Shown here piece by piece: positions 57,621 through 64,000 of a stretch of 64,000 bases of DNA. Location: assembly GCF_009914755.1 (NCBI RefSeq), contig NC_060926.1. One strand, 5' to 3'. The stretch's first letter is position 1. Each line of letters begins with the position of its first letter. A model generated the notes under the pieces. The model had not been told where the DNA came from and did no database searches. It worked only from the letters and a program-made list of their open reading frames with translations. Made by a program: the position numbers and the translations under genes. The stretch is from the human T2T-CHM13v2.0 reference genome, Homo sapiens.

Positions 57621-58022
57621 TTTTAAAACCATGCATTTTGAAGTAATATATGATGCAAACATAGGAATCAGGATATCCCTTACCACACACACAACTGCCT
57701 AAAAGTAACAATGCGAACGCTATCACCAAAAGCATGATTGCTTTGTTTGCCAATGTGAATGTTTTTCCTTTTATAAATTAATCTCATTTTATATTTACTG
57801 ATATGATCTGTATGTTTGACCTCTGGTTCTGTAATATTGGTTTTCATAATGATTATGTATACATACCCTTTCACTGTGTATTCTATTTTATGTACTTGTG
57901 TTCTCTCTCTCTCTCTTTCCTCCTCTCTCTGGCTATTTTTTATTTGTTCCCTCCTGCTAGAATTTTTGAAATTTCCTAGTACTAACTTCTTTTCTGTTCC
58001 CCCCGCCCGCCCCCAGCATCTA

Positions 58023-60365
58023 CAGGCACACCTCCTTTTATTGCATCTCACTTTATTGTGCTTCCCATATGTTGTGTTTTTTTTTTTTTAACAGATTGAA
58101 GGTTTGTGGCAACAGCGCATGGAGCAAGTTTATTAGCACCATTTTTCCAATAGCTTGTGCTCACTTTGTGTCTCTGTGTCACATTTTTAAAAATTTTTGC
58201 AATATTTCAAACTTATTATTATATGTGTTATGGTGATCTGTGGCCAGTGATCATTGATGTTACTATTGTATTTGTTTTGGGATGCCACAAGCCTTGCTCT
58301 TATAGAAGGTGAACTTAATGAATAAAGGTGTGTGTTCTGACTGCTCCACCAACCAGCCATTCCTTTATTTCTCTCCCTCTCCTTGGGCCTCCCTATTCCT
58401 TGAGACAGAACAACATTGTCATTAGGCCAATTAATAACCCTACAGTGGTCTCGAAGTGTTCATCTGACAGGAAGAGTCATATGTCTCTTACTTTAAATCA
58501 AAAGCTAAAAACGATTAAGCTTAGTGAGAAAGGTATGTCCAAAAAGCTGAGATAGGCCCAAAGCTAGGCCTCTTGTGCTAAACAATTAGCCAAGTTGTGA
58601 AGGCAAAGGAAAAGTTTAAAGTGCTGCATGTAAATGATGAGAAAGCAAAACAGCCTTTTTGCTGATATGGAGAAAGTTTAAGTGGTCTGGATAGAAGAGC
58701 AAACCAGCCACAACATTCACTTAAGCAAAAGCCTAATCAAAAGCAAAGGCCCTAACTCTCTTCAATTCTGTGAAGATTGAGAAAGGTGAAGAAGCTGCAG
58801 AAGAAAACTTAAAGCTAGCAGAGGCTGGCTCATGAGACTTAAGGAAAGAAGCCTTCTCCATAAGATAAAAGAGGTGAAACAGCAAGTGCCGACATAGAAG
58901 CTGCATGTAGCAAGTTATCCAGAAGATCCAGCAAAGATCGCTGATGAAGATGGCTACATTATAGAGTAGATTTTCTATATATTAATAGATTAAATAGCCT
59001 TCTGTTGGAAGAAGAAGGCATTGAAGACTTTCAAAGCTGGAGGGAAGTCAGTGACTTCAAACCTCAAAGTACAGGCTGACTCTTGTTAGGGGCTAATGCA
59101 GTTGGTGGCATTAAGTCGAAGCCAGTACTCATTTACCATTGTGAAATTCTTCAAACCCTTAAGAATTGTGCTAAATCTACTCTAGCTGTGCTTTATAAAT
59201 GGAACAACAAAACCTGGATGACAGCACCTTCTGTTTACATCATGGTTTGCAGCAGTATTTTAAACCCACTGTTAAGAACTACTGCTCAGAAAAAAAAAAG
59301 TTTCCTTTCAAAATATTACTGCTCATTGACAATGCACCTGTTCACCCAAGAGCTCTGATGGAGGGGTATAAAGAGATTAATGTTGTCTTTCTGTCTGCTA
59401 ACACAACATCCATTCTGCAGCCCATGGATCAAGGAGTCAACTCAACTTTCGAGTCTTATTATTTAAGAAATACACTTCATAAGGCTATACCTCCCATAGA
59501 TAATCATTTCTCTGATGGATCTGGGCAAAGTAGTTTGAAAAGCTTCTGGAAAGGATTCAGCATTGTAGATGCCATTAAGAACATATGACACTAACAGGAG
59601 TTTGGAAAACGTTGACTTCAGTCCTCATGGATGACTTGGAGGAATTCAAGACTTCAGTGGAGGAAGTCACTGCAGATGTGGTGGAAATAGCAAAAGAACT
59701 AGGATTAAAAAGGGAGCCAAAAGCTGTGACTGAATGGCTGCAATCTCATGATCAGTTTTGAAGGGATGAGAAGTTGTTTCTTATGGATGAGCAAAGTAGT
59801 TTCTTGGGATGGAAACTTTTCCTGGTGAAGATGCTGTGAACATTGTTGAAATGAAAACAAAGGATTTAGAATGTTCTGTCAACTTAGTAGATAAAACAGT
59901 GGCAGGGTTTGAGAGGATTGACACCAATTTTGAAAGGCTTTCTACTGTGGGTAACATGTTATCAAGTAGCATGGCATATGACAGAGAAATCTTTCATGAA
60001 AGGAAGAACCAACTGATGTGGCAAACTTCACTGTTTTATTTTAAGAAATTTCCACAGTCACCCCATCCTTCAGCAACCACCACCCTAATCAGTCAGCAGC
60101 CATCGACATCAAGACTTATCACCAAAAAAAAATTACAACTGGCTCAGATGATTATTATTTTTTAGCAATAAATTTTTTAAATTATATACATTGCTTTTTT
60201 ATTCATAATGCTATTGCCCACTTAACAGATTACAACATAGTGTAAATGTAACTTTTATATGCACTGAGAGACAAAAAAAAAATCAAATGTGTCTCATTTA
60301 ATTTGGATATTTACTTTATTGCAATGGTCTGGAACCAAACCTGCAATATCTCCAAGGTATGCCTG
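58023..60365 (+). mobile_element. Tigger1, near full length (2343 bp)
   Basis: TIRs caggcacacctc / aaggtatgcctg with TA at 58021-58022 and 60366-60367. Confidence 0.95.
58447..60165 (+). pseudogene. Fragmented Tigger1 pogo-family transposase (CENP-B-type HTH and DDE domain)
   Basis: [48 protein letters not shown] split across frames; start codon appears to be GTG. Confidence 0.9.
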
Positions 60366-60399
60366 TATTTGAAATGTCCTTTACTCCCAGAAGGCAATT

Positions 60400-62850
60400 T
60401 ATGCAGAAAACTTTATTGCAGAAGGCAATAAGTAAGTTCCTTCTCTTTTCATGTCTGTTCCTGTTTCTCTGTCCCTGTTTTATTATACCGTCAATGTGTA
60501 GCCATCATAAACTTTAGTTTTTCCACTATAGCCATCATTTTATCTTAGTTCTATAGATAAATATATAGTTAATATTCACTGTCAGAAATTATGCCAGTTT
60601 TTTTCTAGACATTTGGTTATCTGAAACTTTCTTTAGAGAAATAGTGCTTTCTCTTTTTTGCGAGGGTTGTGGCTGTAGTGGTTTGCTTACTTGGTAAATT
60701 AATAACTGTGCCCTTTTTACTTGGAGTTATGTTTGGCTGGATGATACACTAGTTCACATTTTCTTATGTATGTTGCCTCATTTTGTTTTTGATATAATGC
60801 TGAAATGTCTGATGACAACCTGATTTTCATAGAAGTGACTTGGAGGCAGGAGTGCTAGACATTTTTTCTTTTTATTTAAAGTCTGATGATTTTATCAGAA
60901 TATGCCACGGCCGTGCTATGATGATTTTCCCACGTATGTGGTATGCCTTTTCCATGTGAAGTTTCAAGTCTTCTTATTTTTATATCTTTAAACTTCATGG
61001 AAGTTTTCTTGATTGATAATCTTCGTATTTGTTCTCTGCCTTTGCTTTGCTTTTCGCTGGGGATTCTTAGTACAATGTCCAATCCTTTTTGCTTATCCTC
61101 GATAGCTATATCTTTCTCAAGAATAGTTTAGATCTTTTTCAGTGTTTCTTTTTGATGTTAAAACATTTCTTCCTTTCACTTTCTATTTTTCTTAAGGCAT
61201 TATTCTTTATGTTCATTTACTTTTGAGTGACTTCAAGTTCAGACTTCATTTCTAAAATGGTTTTTTCTTTTATGCTCTTTCTTAAATTTTGTCACCCTAT
61301 CTTTTCATGCTTCCCCTTTTCTATTCACCTCATTTCCAGGTGTTTCTACTTCTGTTTCATGCTGTTATTTAATAGTTTCTATTACTTTATTATAAATCCT
61401 TTCACTTTTTTAGAAATATTAGATTCTGCTCCTTATTGATTAAAAAACACCTTTGTATGGGATTTAATCACATTCCTTTTCTTTTGTTCATGCTTAAAAC
61501 AAATAAGTTCCTGTATATTTTAGACAGAAAGGGTGGTCCCGGATAGCTTTTCTAGATTCAGGGCTTTAGCACTATCTTATCTGTTGTTTCCATGCGGTGA
61601 CTACTAGTAGTAATCATAATGGCTTCAGTGAATTCTGAGATCTAACTCCGGTGCACCCTTTCCCCACTTTCATCTGAATTTTCTTTCCCTTTGCTTTATT
61701 GTACCTGTCCTATTCAAATGGCATTCTCCTCAGAGTGGGATTTTGTCTTGGGAGGTAGCTTCCCTTTATTCATTTTGAAAATTCACAGGGCTTAGCTTGC
61801 CGGTGCCACATCTAATCTTACACTGGTCTCTGTCCCGCACAGTCGTATGGGGCTACTGAAAGCTGCGCTTGCTTCTGCAGCGGTTTCCAGATTGGAATAC
61901 ACTTTTTATTTATTATTTTTAAAATTTTTCTTTAAGTTCTAGGGTACATGTGCACAACGTGCAGGTTTATTACATATGTATACATGTGCCATGTTGGTGT
62001 GCTGCACCCATTAACTCGTCATTTACATTATATACATTAGGTATATCTCCTAATGCTATCCCTCCCCCCTCCCCCCACACCATGACAGGCCCCGGTGTGT
62101 GATGTTCCCTTTCCTGTGTCCAAGGGTTCTCGTTGTTCAATTCCTACCTATGAGTGACAACATGTGGTGTTTGGTTTTTTGTCCTTGTGATAGTTTGCTG
62201 AGAATGATGGTTTCCAGCTTCATCCATGTCCCTGCAAAGGACATGAACTCATCCTTTTTTATGGCTGCATGGTATTCCATGGTGTATATGTGCCACATTT
62301 CCTTAATCCAGTTTATCATTGATGGACATTTGGGTTGGTTCCAAGTCTTTGCTATTGTGAATAGTGCCACAATAAACATACGTGTGCATGTGTCTTTATA
62401 GCAGCATGATCTATAATCCTTTTGGTATATACCCAGTAATGGGATTGCTGGGTCAAATGGTATTTCTAGTTCTAGATCCCTGAGGAATCACCACACTGAC
62501 TTCCACACTGGTTGAACTAGTTTACAGTCCCACCAACAATGTGGAATACACTTTTAAAATAAGTGTTTGTTAGCACTTTGAGGGCCCTCCAGTTCTCAGA
62601 GCCATTAGGAGTTGCTTTGCTTTCTTGCCGTTTCTCTCGCATGGTGTGGACAACGCATGGTTTTTGCTACTGGTGGTTGTATCCACTTTTTTGTGTATAT
62701 TTTGGGGTTCTTATATACTACTGGTTTTGTTGTAGCTGTTGCCTGTGGGTGTTTGCATCTATTCGCCCAGTTGTTCTGCTAGATTTAGTTGGATGGGGGA
62801 GGAGGGACTTTGGGTGTTTAAAAATCAGGGAGCCACTGCTGCCATTTTCC
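60400..62850 (-). mobile_element. HAL1/L1ME-type ORF1 and 5' region, very degraded, interrupted by L1PA
   Basis: gaaatgtctgatgacaacctgattttc, tttatcagaatatgcc ORF1-like reverse motifs; gctgccatttt 5'-end-like motif near 62840. Confidence 0.5.
61907..62541 (-). mobile_element. L1PA (PA4-6-like) 3' end
   Basis: 14-bp TSD tggaatacactttt at 61893-61906 and 62542-62555; canonical TT/AAAA site; ORF2 C-terminus in ORF 62137-62379. Confidence 0.95.
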
Positions 62851-62929
62851 CCACATCCTTGGCATTTCTCTTTCACAAGTGTCCCTGGTGATTATAAAGT
62901 GTGGCCAAAGTTGAAAAATGAAAAGATCT

Positions 62930-63120
62930 GAACCCTTGCTCTATCTCTATTACTTTGTGGCAACGTTAACTTTTTAAAGCCACTTAAATTTTCTTATCAA
63001 TAAAATGAGCACAGCCATACCTGTACTGTCTTCCTCATAGGGTTGCTGTGCTATACAAGATTCATGCATGTGAAATTCTTTGAAAATGTAAAATTAGATC
63101 AAATCTATAGTGTTAGCAGT
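62930..63120 (+). mobile_element. MIR fragment
   Basis: ttttcttatcaataaaatgag...cctcatagggttgctgtg. Confidence 0.65.
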
Positions 63121-64000
63121 TTATGCTTAAATAAACACTGGATATCGATAGCTCCAGTAAACACACCTTTGATCCCCATGATCCAACATGCTTATATACT
63201 TATTGCAGAGGGAAGGGGAGGGGGTGCTTATGTTTCTTACTAAAGAAACTTAAGCTCTAGTATTACTTTGAGACACTGGTCTCTCTTTGTCCAGAAAGGT
63301 GTTTCTCAATGTGTGTTCTTGAAGGAGAGGCCTGGAGGTTGAGCTGCTGGGTTGTGATTCATCCAGAACTGCCTTCCCCTTTTTCTGTTTGACATGTATT
63401 CTCTTACAGACAATTGTGTTTATAAAAGAGTTCCTCAACAACAATGACAAGAACAACAACAACAGTAATATACTAGTTTAGAAATGTGCTGGATAAAGGC
63501 AATCCCTAGTTTATGTAGAGATGATGAAGCAAATTTTTATTTCCTCTTTGGTTGTTGGGAATGCTATGCATTTTCTATCAAACACACATATTACATGCTA
63601 GCTAATCCCCAAGCTACCCTTCAAATGATATTGAACCCACAATGTAGCCAAACTACATGCTTGTAACATCGATCTAAGTATACTCTGTGGTATTCTCTGA
63701 TGGCAAGGAATAATATGAAGCCGAAGATAAAATGGAATTTTTTTTTCTTAACAATTCCTGGTACTCTGATGATTTTAGAACAAATTTTAAGTAGTAAAGT
63801 TTTAATTTTCCATCAATTTACCTTTCTTTCTGTGCTCCTCTTCAATACCCTAGGCCCCTCTCCTCCCGGCCTCTAATGACTTCAGCCTACACCTGTGCAG
63901 CATTTTAACAGAGGGCAGAACAAAGGTTTGGGCCTCTAAAATGATTTACTGACCTCCTCCGGCCCCAGACTACAGTCTCTTTCCCACAAAGCAGCTGATC

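Noticed and set aside
59083-59588. TIGD1-like transposase gene
   Set aside because: Frameshifted and stop-riddled inside an ordinary Tigger1 copy; not a domesticated gene.
63850-64000. GC-richer end with SOX and E-box motifs
   Set aside because: Short motifs only, not a CpG island, and cut off by the window edge.

Overview
AT-rich primate (most likely human) non-coding genomic DNA that is mostly a layered fossil record of transposable elements: L1 from old L1M/HAL1-like to young L1PA, AluJ/S/Y, L2, MIR, ERVL/MaLR/MER4 LTRs, and Tigger, hAT and piggyBac DNA transposons. I can support no intact protein-coding gene, RNA gene or CRISPR array. The ORFs in the track are decayed TE frames (L1 ORF1/ORF2, Tigger1 transposase, ERVL pol) or chance frames. 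A strong minus-strand bias of L1/LTR elements and a few good plus-strand splice sites suggest an intron of a plus-strand gene or lncRNA, which I cannot name. I found no new biological system. The notable items are mechanistic footprints: a TSD-bounded L1 3' transduction (34072-35527), a TSD-flanked L1 that is 5'-intact but 3'-truncated (542-5072), a collapsed ancient ERVL provirus with both LTRs (18000-23220), a 67-bp inverted duplication across a MER1B junction, a triple-hairpin tail on an Alu fragment, an AluS recombinant monomer, and a candidate non-coding exon. Repeat subfamily names come from recalled consensus sequences, not a database search. Boundaries without a stated TSD or TIR are approximate.
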